A stretch of 64,000 nucleotides of DNA, taken from NCBI RefSeq assembly GCF_026571515.1, contig NW_026864520.1, forward strand, positions 1 through 64,000, given 5' to 3'. A program made the position numbers and the translations under genes. The notes below the pieces were generated by a model that worked only from the letters and a program-made list of their open reading frames with translations, was not told the DNA's origin and did not search any database. The stretch is from Ruditapes philippinarum (lineage: Eukaryota). Shown piece after piece: positions 51,996 to 64,000 of this stretch; within the stretch, counting starts at the first letter, position 1, and each line of letters opens with the position of its first letter.

Positions 51996-54179
51996 GTTAA
52001 TGTGTAAATATAATAATAATATAAATAAAAATTATGATTAAACTTTACTATTTTTTTCTGTTAAATGCCATAATCTTGGTTTGTTTAATGTGGTTAAGAG
52101 TTTTATTCTGTATTTTGTAATTTATAATGTAAAATGCAGTTATCTAATGTAAAATAAAACAAACAAACACACATTATAATGTCAAACATAATACTTTTTT
52201 TTCAATTATTTTATCGTGCACAATGTTTTACTATCTAATGTGACATAGCGGGGATAAACTCTAATCTTTAAAAAGTTTTCAATTGAATTGGTCGGACAAT
52301 TAATACTATGTTTAATCTGAATCGCCTTTAAATGCAAGTTAAAACGATCTTTTAGAATTATATTATGTTATTTTCACATTTTTACGAGACGTATTTTTGG
52401 TTTAATGAATATGAATGTGTTTTCTTTTCTAACAGTTGCACCTTTGACATCAAAGACATTTTAAAAATGTACTTCCATTTCACAGCTATTGCTTACTTGA
52501 TGCAACTTCAGAAAGGAGATACACCAGTGGACATTGATTGACAATTAGACTAGAAATATAAAACTCAGATTCTAATTTAAGAGTCTCTTTAGACATTGTA
52601 TCACCTGCTACCACGGAACACATTTTACAAGTGCATGGGAATATAATGTTAGAGTCATTGTTACACTCAACTTTCCATCTTAATATAATGTTATAATGTT
52701 ATAAAACTATATGAGATATTCTAATGATTTCATAAGTAAAACTTTTGTTTTCTTTGGTAAGAAATATATAAAAAACATACCCAAATATACTCAAACTACA
52801 ACAAATAAACGTACCGAATGCTTGTTTTGAATAATATATAAATTGAAGGCCTGCTCAGGCATTAACTATTTCTATCCTTTGGACTGCTAACGGCATATTG
52901 AAGACACATGTAAGAAAAACAGGAACATACTAGATATTTTTCCAACTTGTGCAATACCACTTATGTTAAGTGAAAAAACAACAACAGCGTACTTTAAGAT
53001 AAATGTTTGAAGCAAATGATAAATATATACATGCAACAAACATTTATGTTATATGTTTCTGATATAAAAAAACATCATTAGCTGTTTTTCTTCTTCATTT
53101 ATAAAAATAAATTCATGGTTAGACGAAACAATAGAAATAAACCCAAGTTTAAAATTACAAATGTGCTTGATAATGGGAATTAAATGTATTTCTGGAAAAA
53201 AAATCAAAAACAACAAGGCATCATGAATAGATTTTTAGTCCTATTACATTCTCGAGGGATCTGGCTTACAGAGAAAAATAATCCTTAAAACACGTTTGTG
53301 CTTTGTAAAATCTGTAAACCATCTCCTGATGTTTATCTCAATTTTGTTACTTCTTTCTGGTTCCTCGGGATAACTGATCCTAACATTTCAGTGGCGAATC
53401 AGGTTTTTAATTTAAAAATTCGAACCTAAAGATTATTCACAATCTCAAAATTTTTTTTGTGCTGAAAGACTTTCGTTTTGAGAGTTTTTGAATAAATTTC
53501 CTTTGTTAGATCTATGATACATGCGTGTAAATTAAAAAAATAATTAATAAATAGAACTGTCAAAATATGTGAATTGATATTATTTTGTACATATAACTGC
53601 AGAGTATTTTTTCTTGCTTTCTTGCTTATCTCATTTTTTATTTATTGATTGTGGTTTAATCATTTATGGTAATAAACACTAAGGAGTTTTTTTGTTTTTA
53701 ATAATGTCGGCTACATTATTTAAAAAAACAACGAAAAAAAAAACCTCACCCTGCAAATTAAAGTATATTAAATTTTGACACGTCATTTTTACTGACCTAC
53801 CTCGACACATCAATATTAGACTGTTGAATACCACTTCCCTTTATTTTAAAGCAGTAGGCACAATAACAAATAATTGTTTTCTTTTCTTCTAAAGAACGAG
53901 CAATATGTCTTATTCACGCTAGTTATGAGTTATGTTTAAATAAAACGCATTTTAGAGGAATATTACTATACAAATGCAATATAAATTGTCATTAAAGTAA
54001 AGAAAGTGCTTTTTGACTTTCATACAAACTAGTTAATTACTTTCACTGTACTATATGCTCGGCAGAATTGTTTGGCTATATGGCAAATGAGATATTTTGG
54101 ATATTGTATTTAGAGTTTTATGGGTTTTAAGTCTAGACAATTTTTTTTTATTCAGAATATCATATTTGAAAATGCAGTG

Positions 54180-54295
54180 TGCATTACCTACTTACATAAT
54201 CCGAATACTATGCAAATAAGCTCAAACAAATGCACGTAGTAACGACAGGTAAAGATTAACAATATTTGTTATGACTTTATAGCACTTGACTATAA
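54180..54295 (-). promoter_or_regulatory. Divergent promoter-like module P8
   Basis: ATGCAAATAAGCTCA at 54210 (identical to P2) and GCACTTGACTATAA at ~54282 (cf. GCACTTGAGTATAA at ~31885 and ~41184). Confidence 0.4.
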
Positions 54296-56913
54296 CCACA
54301 AACCGTACATGATTAAATATGAAAAGAAAATTATATTTTTCTATTGGCATTTTTTCAAGCGAGAAAATGAAAGGAAGTTTCAGTCAAGGATAAAATATAT
54401 CAAGCTTTATGTTTTTTTTGTTTGAGGATTATATTTCTTTTTAACATGAAGCGCACATGATTCATTTGTCTGAATTTGAGTTCAATTAAATCTTAAGTTT
54501 ACATTAATTTAGTACATCGATTAATTGAAATACTGAAACCGTTCTTAAAACATAGGATTTGACAAAAAGTTTCTTTTGAATCGTTTTCTGTGTTGACAGA
54601 TGCATTGTTCAAAAGGACAAACTGGCGGAAAAACAGCAAAATACTATACCAAAAACGCAGTTGGTTAATTCGATATATTTGTTTCAAGCGAACTTAAATT
54701 GCAGCAGATAATTGTATAAACATTTTAAGTATTCATAACTGAGATAACACAATTGTTTTCGTTTACAACTAATGTTAATTCAATTTTTGGTTAATGTCTT
54801 CACAGTAAGACATTATTCTTCTTAATTATTCTATTTTGCTATCAAAGAAACACTTTTACTCTCCGTTGTACGACAGCATCATAATTGTACCTTATCTTTG
54901 ATCTTTTTTCACCAGTTTTCTTTCTGAAATTATATAAATCCTATGCAATGTTTCAGTGCATGCAGGTAAATATATGAATAATTCATATAAACTGTCTACA
55001 TAAGCATAATGTTAAAATTAGCCTTCGCTTTGAAGATATGTCTAGTCTATTTAAATTTCACTTAAAGCAGCATGCCAGCAGATTCATGCTAATGTTTATA
55101 TTTTTTAAAAGTATTTTAAAGTAAAATCTTGACAAATCACGGATTTATATTACAATATGTAATTTAAATCCGTGGTCAAATGAACAAGGAAAACAATACG
55201 AAACATTAGATCTACGTTATTTTCCAAACATAAGTCAGAATATGCAAAAACAGTTCTTACTGCATTAGTCACGAAGTTGAAATATTGTTGATAAATACTG
55301 CATAATCAGTCAGTAATTGCATATAAAATCTACTCGTCATTATTTCTTAAATTGTAAATATCTTTACTTTCCTTTCAATTTTAGCGCATTTTTCTCATGT
55401 TTTTACATTAATAATTAAGCTCATCTGTAGGTATGAAGACCATAGCTTTGGTTTATAGAGATAAGATTTTTTTTGTAACTGACAAAAATAGTGTAGTTTG
55501 ATTTTACGACATTGATGTAAAATGGCTGTTATCTATAAATAGTCAATGATTTAAGCTTGGTTTTTGCCCTGTAAATTTCAGAAACATGTCGTCGATTATT
55601 TAAATTAGATTTTCAGCAGACGATGTTTATATTATATTTGATTTTGAACACTGTACATATTTTAGTGTTATTTTTTTATACATTTATGTATATATTTTAA
55701 AGAGTTTTCTTTATGGCGGCAAGTCCGTGTCATTTTATCACCAGATGCACTGTTCTCTAATCGATCAGTAGTTATTTAATTTAAAGTTTCCGTGAGCATG
55801 ACTATGGTCACAGTTAAAGATGGATTGGTCAATGTTAGTCTCGGGATAGTATAAAACAGAATGTAAATAGCACAGTTGTTTATTTACTCGAAATTGTATG
55901 ATTATATAAATTTATTTTTCACATCTTCTGGTCTATGTTTTCTTATATTTTTTCGGTAATATTTAAAAAAGGTGGAACAATCACTGATGAAATGCAAGAA
56001 CGATTAAATAGCTTATGTGACATTTTTCTTTTACACATTACAATTAAACAAATAAAATTTCATCTTAAATTATTATAGAACCCAGTCTAAAATTAGCCAC
56101 TTTTCTGTTTCCAGAGACCAAACAACATCCATATCAATAGCATATCATAACCTATATAACCGTGGTCCAAAATATCTTTTCAAAAGCATATCGTTCTACT
56201 TTTCGCTTCATTTTCATTTCAAGGTAAAAATATTAGAGCAATATCTGATTGTACCAGAGTCAAAATTTAAAAAACGGAAAAGAGAGAAATAGGAAGCAAT
56301 TATGCATTTACAAAATTGACTGTACACATAAACAAAGCCTACATAAGAGCCTCGTCCAATATGTTTGTGGCAATTGTGTACTTGTCCATATGAATACAGT
56401 TTTGTATTCAACAATATATCGTAACCTTATAATATAAATATCAATATCTATGTCAATTGCAATAAAATTGCTTTTCCATTTCACTCCAATTTTTAATTGT
56501 AAAAACATGCAGATACAGTCATTCTGACATAAACATGTTTTAAAGTGTTTATTTATGAGATAATGTAACAAACAGATAATAGGCCATATAATCATTATGA
56601 TACAGCGTGCAGTAAATCTGAATACCAGATTAAAGTCAGTTGTTATATTTGCTAAAAATATCACAGACGTTCGTGACTTAAAATGCATTAGATGGTATTC
56701 GGTTTAAAAGCATGAGACATAGTATTTTTGAACGACACCAGCATTTTATTCAAAACACAATAAGGTCATGCAAATATATCTTCTTTTTGTTAAAAACATT
56801 TACAAAAAAGTTGTCAAACAAGAGTTTACATGTTTTGTTTAATATTATTTAATAGTTATTTGATTGTATTGTTCTTATGATTTAATCGTCCAAATTTTAA
56901 ACTTATAAAACAA

Positions 56914-56960
56914 ACACACGTACGTACGCACACACGTACGCACGCAAGCACTCACACACA
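56914..56960 (+). repeat. CA/CGTA/CGCA compound microsatellite
   Basis: Direct reading. Confidence 0.8.
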
Positions 56961-58247
56961 AACTCTCTTTTTACATCTAGGAGATTTTGTGAACAAGTTT
57001 CTTTTGTCAGTATCAAAGAATTATTGACGATTGACAAAACAGTATTGAGATACATGTATGTGTACTCTTACTGGAGAAATTTGATATTTAAGATTCCGAA
57101 TTAAATACAAACCTTAAAGAATTATCTGCACTTATCCACATCAGACTGAATTAGTTTCACTATGAGGTTTGAACAGAATCCATAGCCACTGTAACACAAC
57201 TTTATTCATACAACAAAAGTATCCATATCTGTTTATCATCAACTATCAATGGGTTCAGTCTTTTTCTATTGCTGAACAAGATTGTCGAATCTCTGTAAAA
57301 GACAATTTAAACACTAAATAACAGAGGATGAGATGAACAGATCTCAAAAAGATAATCCCAGAAGGCAAAAATAAAGAAATTGTTTACTAAAACAAGCCTG
57401 CAAACGACAAGCACCTTAGCGTCATTGTGTGAAGAAACGTTTTTTAAACATTTTTTGTATGATATAGAGACGAATCTTATAAACTTAAATATATTTTCAT
57501 TTGTTCCATATTTTGACATAACTCATGCTTTTATTACTATTCAGAAAAAGAAACCGATGTTTATCTAAAAATTGAACACTGCATACATGACTACATAAAC
57601 AGATAACATGTACATGTATTGATATTGTTGTTGGTTTTACAATTTACCCCGATAAATTTGAAAAATCAAAATAAACCAAATTAAAGCACTTTATCGACAT
57701 ATATAGAACTGAATTTATTGCAAAATAAATGTTTTATGGTCACTTACAAACTTGATAGTAGTCATAGGTTGAAATATATTGTGTTCAAAAAAGCCGTACT
57801 AGTAATTACAATAAGGTTATCGTTACAGGTAAGTACAATGTGATAATGTATGCTGATTTTATCCGCCATTTTAGAAGAAAAATTCATAACAATTTTTAAT
57901 CACCCACAATCCCATCCACATTCAGTATTCAATTTTCGACAAGTTTATGAACATCAATAGGGTTTTGTGTTTGTATATAATTCTATATACAAATGATTAT
58001 TCTTTAAATTTCAGGATATATGTGTTTATGAGTTTATACACAGTTATACGCAATATTCTTAGAAGTCAACCTTTGGTAATTTTTCGGGATATGTGTGCAT
58101 ATAATTTTATAATACTGCACGTTTGTAACGTCGCTTTTCATTTGATAATCGTGACGTTTATATAATTTTATATACACGGCCGTTGTCGATTCATGAAGAA
58201 ATCTTACTTTTTTCTCTAAAAAATGATGTTTGCTGTATTATAAATTC

Positions 58248-58384
58248 GTTATAAAGATCGTTGACAGGTTATATGGCCGTATATAAACGGCTGTTTGCAA
58301 TATAACCCTCGCCTAGCGGCTCGGGTTATATTTACAAACAGCCGTTTATATAGGGCCATATAACCTGTCAACGATCTTTATAAC
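58248..58384. mobile_element. 137-bp near-perfect palindrome (hairpin MITE)
   Basis: GTTATAAAGATCGTTGACAGGTTATATGGCCGTATATAAACGGCTGTTTGCAATATAACCC arm and its reverse complement with 2-3 differences around CTCGCCTAGCGGCTC. Confidence 0.88.
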
Positions 58385-58452
58385 TAATAATATATACATT
58401 TTTTCGGAAATGTTTGCTTGCTTTGTATACAATTTAAATTTATATTATAACT

Positions 58453-58590
58453 TTTATATCAGCATTGCTTTATATGTTTTACGTCATTTATTATTAAAAG
58501 GCTATTTCACAATTTAATGTTAGTTTGATATCTTTATATCAACATTGTTTTATATGTTTTTCCGTCATTTATTATTAAAAGCCCATTTCA
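58453..58590 (+). repeat. Local direct duplication, period ~80 bp
   Basis: TTTATATCA(G/A)CATTG(C/T)TTTATATGTTTT..CGTCATTTATTATTAAAAG occurs twice. Confidence 0.85.
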
Positions 58591-60334
58591 ATTTCAAAGT
58601 GTAGTTGTTATTCTTGAAAATTATCAAAAAGTGCAAATCAAGCAAATATACAACAACTTGAAATGATGACATAACTACTATTAACTTTTCGATCATATCA
58701 TGCTACAATACCATATAATTATTTAGCTATTAACTTAAAAATTTCTAGCTTTATAAATCAACACACATACATGAAATTACAAGATGGCGAGTTTTTGTAT
58801 CATACCTTCATCTTTTTTATTTGAAGTAATGTATTATAAAAGGTGTACACAATACAACGCCGGCGGAATGACTTGAGCCTTTGCAGAGATCTCATTGATA
58901 AAATGCACTAAAAAGCAGTTCAACCGAACGACTAATTCCAGTAACATGGGTGATTGACAATGGAATATCTGGCATCATTTTAAAAACTAGAGAATAAAAA
59001 CTGATTAAAAAAACAAGTTAATATATCAGACTGATATATAAAGCAATATTCTAAGAGTAGAAAAAAACTTGCCATACTTACAATGAAACAGCTGTTAATT
59101 GTATTCTTCTTTTTAAAGTTTTACCTAACTGAATGTATCATGTGAAATATACTTTAGAATACTTTATTATAAAAAATTAGTTTTCCCAAGAGATCTCCAT
59201 TTCATAGCCAGGCATCCTTTCTCTTACATTTTGTATGACAGCACAATTTTCACATTCCCACTTTCGATTGCTGCGACAAAAACGTTCTGTTTACGGAATT
59301 CTTTATCGTCTATGTATCAGAATACGATAAAAAGGTATCAACAACCTTATCCTAGAAGACAAAACAAAATGAAAAGTGTTTACTATGATGCAACTGTAAA
59401 CGAAAAGTGACTTGTTGATTAATGTTACAGAATTACGATCGATTCATTGAGAAAAGCAGTATTTTTTAACCCAAAGTGAATATGTAATTGCAACATCATA
59501 CTTTAACTGTTCACTGTGAACTTCTGTCGCTTACTTCAAAACGAGGATAAAGATCAACAAGGCAAAGGCAACGTTCACAGGATGCTGTCCCGACACACAC
59601 AAGCAGGGCACGCGAGCCCATAATAAGGTCTCACATAGGTTCCAAGATATTTGAAAGTACTGGAATGTAAATTGTTAAACTTGGATGAGGTATTAATTGC
59701 GATAACAAAAGTTGTGCTTTATTGGCAAATAATGCCATCAGGAGCGAAATGCAAGAAAGGCTAATTGACTGAAGGCGATCTAGCAGTTTTTAAGTCCTCC
59801 TTTGTTTAGAAGTATTCGTAATATTTAATATGTGTCAACAACAGAACACCACTAGAGATACAATACGTTCCATATTCTTCTAACAGCTCTATGTGTTAAA
59901 ATCACACGAATCTTACAATTTCATTTGTTCACAATAAAATGTTGATAGATTGCTTCATTGTTTCTTAATACACTTGAAAAATTACTTGAAATTATGTTCT
60001 ATAATAGCTTACTTTTACAGTCAGATATAAGTTTATAACTGCAAATCGGCTCTTACTCGGCAGTAATTAGTGTAGCTGCTTTTTCATGAAGAAACCAGAG
60101 CTGATAGTGAAAATTGTGATTAGCATATTTTAATTAGCCAGGTCAGGTGTTTCTTAAAAGGCTGATAACACTGTAGCAATGTGAGGATAAATTCAAATTA
60201 ATGACATAGATAATACACGTGGAGCTCAGCTCGAAGAGACAAAAGAGAACACAGTAACTTTTTGATATCCTTTTAACTCTAAGAAAAATGCCAATTATTA
60301 ATTGCTGACTGTTTATATTTTCCAGAAAAAGTAA

Positions 60335-62338
60335 AGGCCCGGTCACACAGCCTTTCGCGTCTGTATTGCGGATAAAATTTCGCGATTTTTTTTGCCCGCA
60401 AGTGCCCGTGGTGGAAAATGTGCAAAATTGGCTTACCCGCGGTTTGCCCGTGGTATGCCCGCGGATTAGACGCCGGCGACTGCTCCGCGTCCTTATCGAG
60501 AGAGAAGCGCGGCGTACCGCGTCCTACCACGGGTATAATAAAGCAGCCGAACCGGTGAGTTGCACCACTCAATGATGAGGTTCCTCTGAGCCTTGGCTAT
60601 CCTAAAATCTCTATTGTTTCCTGGCACTCGGTCAGGTCTCGTGTCATCAAGGTTCCTGCCTGCACGCCAGGCACCAGGGCTCCATTTGGACGCTCGAAAT
60701 CCACCAGTCTGTTCTGCATCACCGGGTAACGTGTTCTCTCGTCAGATTGTGGAGGAGTAAACACGCCTTGACCAGGAGCCTCACAGTGTCAGCTTCATGC
60801 ATCATGGTAGTCAGGAGAACTTGAAATCGGTTGGCAAGCATGCCTTACGAATTCTCAAGTACCCTTCTGGCTCGCGAGAGTCTATAGTGAATATCCTCTG
60901 CTTCCTGGTTATGTCCTTGTTACCATACAGCTTCATCATGTAGGTCCGGAGTGCGAAAGCATCATCTACCACCAGAAAGTAAGGTATATCCTCAGTGTCA
61001 CCTGGGAGAGGATCAGGCTGTGGGAACCCAATAATGTCATTGTTCTGGAGACCCTCTCTGAAATCACTTGCATTGTAGATGTGCGCATCAGACGAAGACC
61101 CCTTGCCGCTGACGTCTATCCAGAGGAACTTGTAGTCAGATGTGACGATGACACTGAAGAAGCCCTTGTAGTTGAAGTAGTCGGAACCAGAGTTGGCAGA
61201 AGATTAACAGGCAATGTGCTTGCCGTCTATTACACCAATGACATGCGGAAAATTCCAACTATTCATCCATTTGTCACTAATCTGACGCCACTCTGCAGCA
61301 GTCTGTGGTGGCGCAAGCAGCTCATCACGGAACTCCTCGACGATGGCCGCACACACTTCGCGCAACACCAGACTGATGATGTTGTGAGGGGCCCTCCAGC
61401 CATACGGCATCTCACGGTACTTGGCGCCAGAAGCAAGGTGTCTCAGGGTGAGGGCAACCTTCAGGCATGGATCAAGGGGTGCTCGCCAGTTGGTGGTCTC
61501 CTTGGTAAGGGCTGATGTCAGTTTCTGCACAATTTCATCGAAGGTGGCATTCTCATGAAGTTCTGGAAGGCACTTGGATCTTCATTACGGAGCTCCACCA
61601 TGAGACGATCGTACAAACCCAACTCAGGTCTCCTGCCAATCCAGTCGCGCATCAGACTGAACCACTTGGTTCTGATGCTGCTGGAGCAGCAAGACGAGGT
61701 CATTATGGTGGCAGGGATCCATGTTCATCCATTGACGTCTGGAGCACAACAGATGAATGCTCGGCAAATTTTATATACCTTAAATCAGACGTTGTACGGA
61801 CGCGATTAGGTCGTGGACAATCGTATTTGGGACGTGTACAAGACGCAATTGAACGTGATTAGGCCGGTATTGGAGCGCCCTGTTTACGCGGAGAAAGGCA
61901 TTTGTCCGTGCTTACAAGCGGTACACACGCTAATGCACGTGATAACAACGCGATACAGACGCGAACAAACGTGCTATGACCGTGCTCTACCCGTGATTAC
62001 CCGCTAAAATTTCGCGTCCTACCGCGTGTAACCACGTCTTAAACGCGGCCGTGGCACGTCCTAGCACGTTCGTTTCGCGTCTGTACCGCGTCTTTACCGC
62101 GTGTGTACCACATGTACCGCCCGCGATTATCCGCGGTCTCAATTTTTGGGCAGCCCAAAACTTTTTTGCGCGGCCAACAGCGTGTGAATTTCTTACCGCG
62201 TGTTACGACGGATAAAGTACGGCTGTATCGCGTCCTTATCGCAACCTCAAAGCGTTCAACAGCGTCTGCTTCACGGGCAGAAATTTTTGGCCGTTATTCG
62301 GCCGCGATACGCCCGTGGAGGGCTGTGTGACCGGGCCT
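60335..62338 (-). mobile_element. PIF/Harbinger DNA transposon, defective (2004 bp)
   Basis: Perfect 18-bp TIRs AGGCCCGGTCACACAGCC (60335-60352) / GGCTGTGTGACCGGGCCT (62321-62338); 3-bp TAA TSD on both sides; sharp GC increase; CCGCG/ACGCG-rich subterminal regions. Confidence 0.96.
60530..61700 (-). pseudogene. Harbinger (HARBI1-like) DDE transposase pseudogene
   Basis: Motifs FQNFMRM, KVALTLRHLASG, WNFPHVIGVIDGKHI, SGSDYFNYKGFFS, DYKFLWIDV, SDAHIYN, PYFLVVDDAFAL; stop at 61204 and several frameshifts. Confidence 0.93.
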
Positions 62339-64000
62339 TAAGCAAAACATAATTTGGTTTCATATGACAGGAATGAAATGCATTAACAAACCTAGGTATT
62401 GTTGAAAACTCATTTTTTACATGCCAGATTAAGTAATTGGACCCCATCCTTTTTGAACGCTGCTGGGGAAAAATAATGTTATGCTTAATTAATGAGGTGA
62501 CACTTTCTATATTTTTATCTGATATCGAGTTGAAAGAGCCGATTTACAGTTATATGGGTAAGAGTTGTCTTGATATATACGAACTCTTACCCATACATAT
62601 CTCTTGCTTAAAAATCACGACAAATGTATAAATAAACGATCGAAGGTCTATACAAAATATTTTAAACAGGCTATTTTAAAGCAAATAATCATACATACTC
62701 TTATATTGCACATAAATTAACCTATTTGTGATGACTTTTCCCATTCTGTTATCACAAAAAATAAGAAGATAAATGGTAGAACAAAAAATGTTTTGTGGAG
62801 TTATAACGTGAGCGATTATAGACTACAATAAACTAATGGTTTTTTACATCTACCATATAAAAACAGTCGGTTTCTGTATTGTCATGAGTACTATTACTAT
62901 TTACCATGTGACAAATTGTTGTTGAAAAACATCAGTCGAGCTTTTTAAGAAAACAATAAAGCTGTTTCGTAGATACATAAAACCAAATATTGTTTGGTAG
63001 ATACATTTGATAGGATTTTTATTTTAATTAATCTTTACAAACTCAATGCACTCAATATGAACTGTGTTGAAAGACTGTTGAGAAAGTAACGAAAAAAAAA
63101 AACACTTTCCAATTCAATAGGTGATCCTAGCTTTCATTAAAAGACGGAAAGAAATTATCATAAAGAATTGCACCTGGCATTCACTTGACAAGTTTAAGAT
63201 AATTATTTCATCTACGAACACAATTAATGACATCCTAATTTGCACAATTTGATTAGTTTAATTGGTAAAAATAATTAATAAATTCCCATAACACATCTTT
63301 GAGAAGTATGACAACTAAATGAACGCAATTGAACGTATTTGACACAAGTTAATCAGGACTTTTCATAAGGCATTCAGCAATTATAAATATAAAAGTAGAC
63401 GAAAGTTACATCAACTCCCAAAATAAAACGCTCAACAATCAAACAAGATTTGTGTAAAAGTAATCCCGCCTCATGAATTATTAGTTTTAAAGGAATAGAA
63501 ATGGGTGGATTGATGTCTGTCTAATATAAATATTCATCATTTAAAAAGAGGTACCATGACAGTTTTTCTGTTGACATCAACCCTATAAGTGAAAAATTCG
63601 TGTTTTAAGACAATATTTTTTTACTTGAGAAAAAGTTCATGGGCGCCGCCATTTTGGCGTTCTGTCATTCTCACGAGACAGACGAGATCGAGATTGTGAC
63701 GTGTTACACCCACTTCCGGTGTAGGTGTACACGCTGGTACAACTGAAATATATCTTGATGAAGAACTTATTAATCTTATTGCGTACATTATAAATTATTT
63801 ATGAAAACATCATATGGAACTGAATTGTTTTAATTAATTAATTAAGACGCCGCGACATTAATTATCATTTGTCCGATTTTCAAGCTTGCTGATGATCTAA
63901 GCAATGATTGCTTAATTTTCAAAGATAAACCATCAATTTAATTTGGGTACTATGAGAAACTTCTTCAAATTGACGATATATCCTTTTATTTTGTACTTAT

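Noticed and set aside
56308-56688. 126-aa minus-strand ORF
   Set aside because: No recognisable motif, low-complexity AT-driven composition, no paralog or splice support.
57185-59351. Minus-strand acceptors at ~57294 (followed by AATAAA) and ~59352 as exons of a protein-coding gene
   Set aside because: The 59.3 kb candidate exon has stops in all three frames and neither site has paralog support; such signals arise by chance in AT-rich DNA.
60279-62330. Plus-strand and subterminal ORFs inside the Harbinger element
   Set aside because: Antisense shadows of the transposase or by-products of GC-rich subterminal repeats; none resembles a Myb/SANT domain.

Overview
AT-rich eukaryotic (animal) genomic DNA. 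The repeat inventory (Helentron/HINE elements with GTCC microsatellites, tRNA-derived SINEs, a CAGCATGGATCC-type palindromic MITE) looks like a bivalve mollusc, plausibly a venerid clam; this is my recognition, not a database result. I found no intact cellular protein-coding gene. Recognisable coding remnants are all transposon-derived: a 5'-truncated L2/CR1-group LINE (23870-25804, -), an RTE-X-like LINE 3' end (50290-51400, +) and a degenerate PIF/Harbinger element with TIRs and TAA TSD (60335-62338). Also present are a solo LTR with ATAT TSD, several HINEs, SINEs and MITEs, and a 24-bp minisatellite that generates the only long ORF. The main hidden structure is that ~4.9-55 kb is a nested tandem array of paralogous units: two recent segmental duplications sit on top of older ones. 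About eight units share a minus-strand promoter-like module (octamer-like ATGCAAAT, CCACTAAC, GATCAC). Several keep positionally conserved short GT-AG introns, yet no reading frame is conserved. This suggests a family of spliced non-coding transcription units, or an array of alternative 5' ends or decayed pseudogenes. All alignments were made by eye and coordinates of degenerate elements are approximate.
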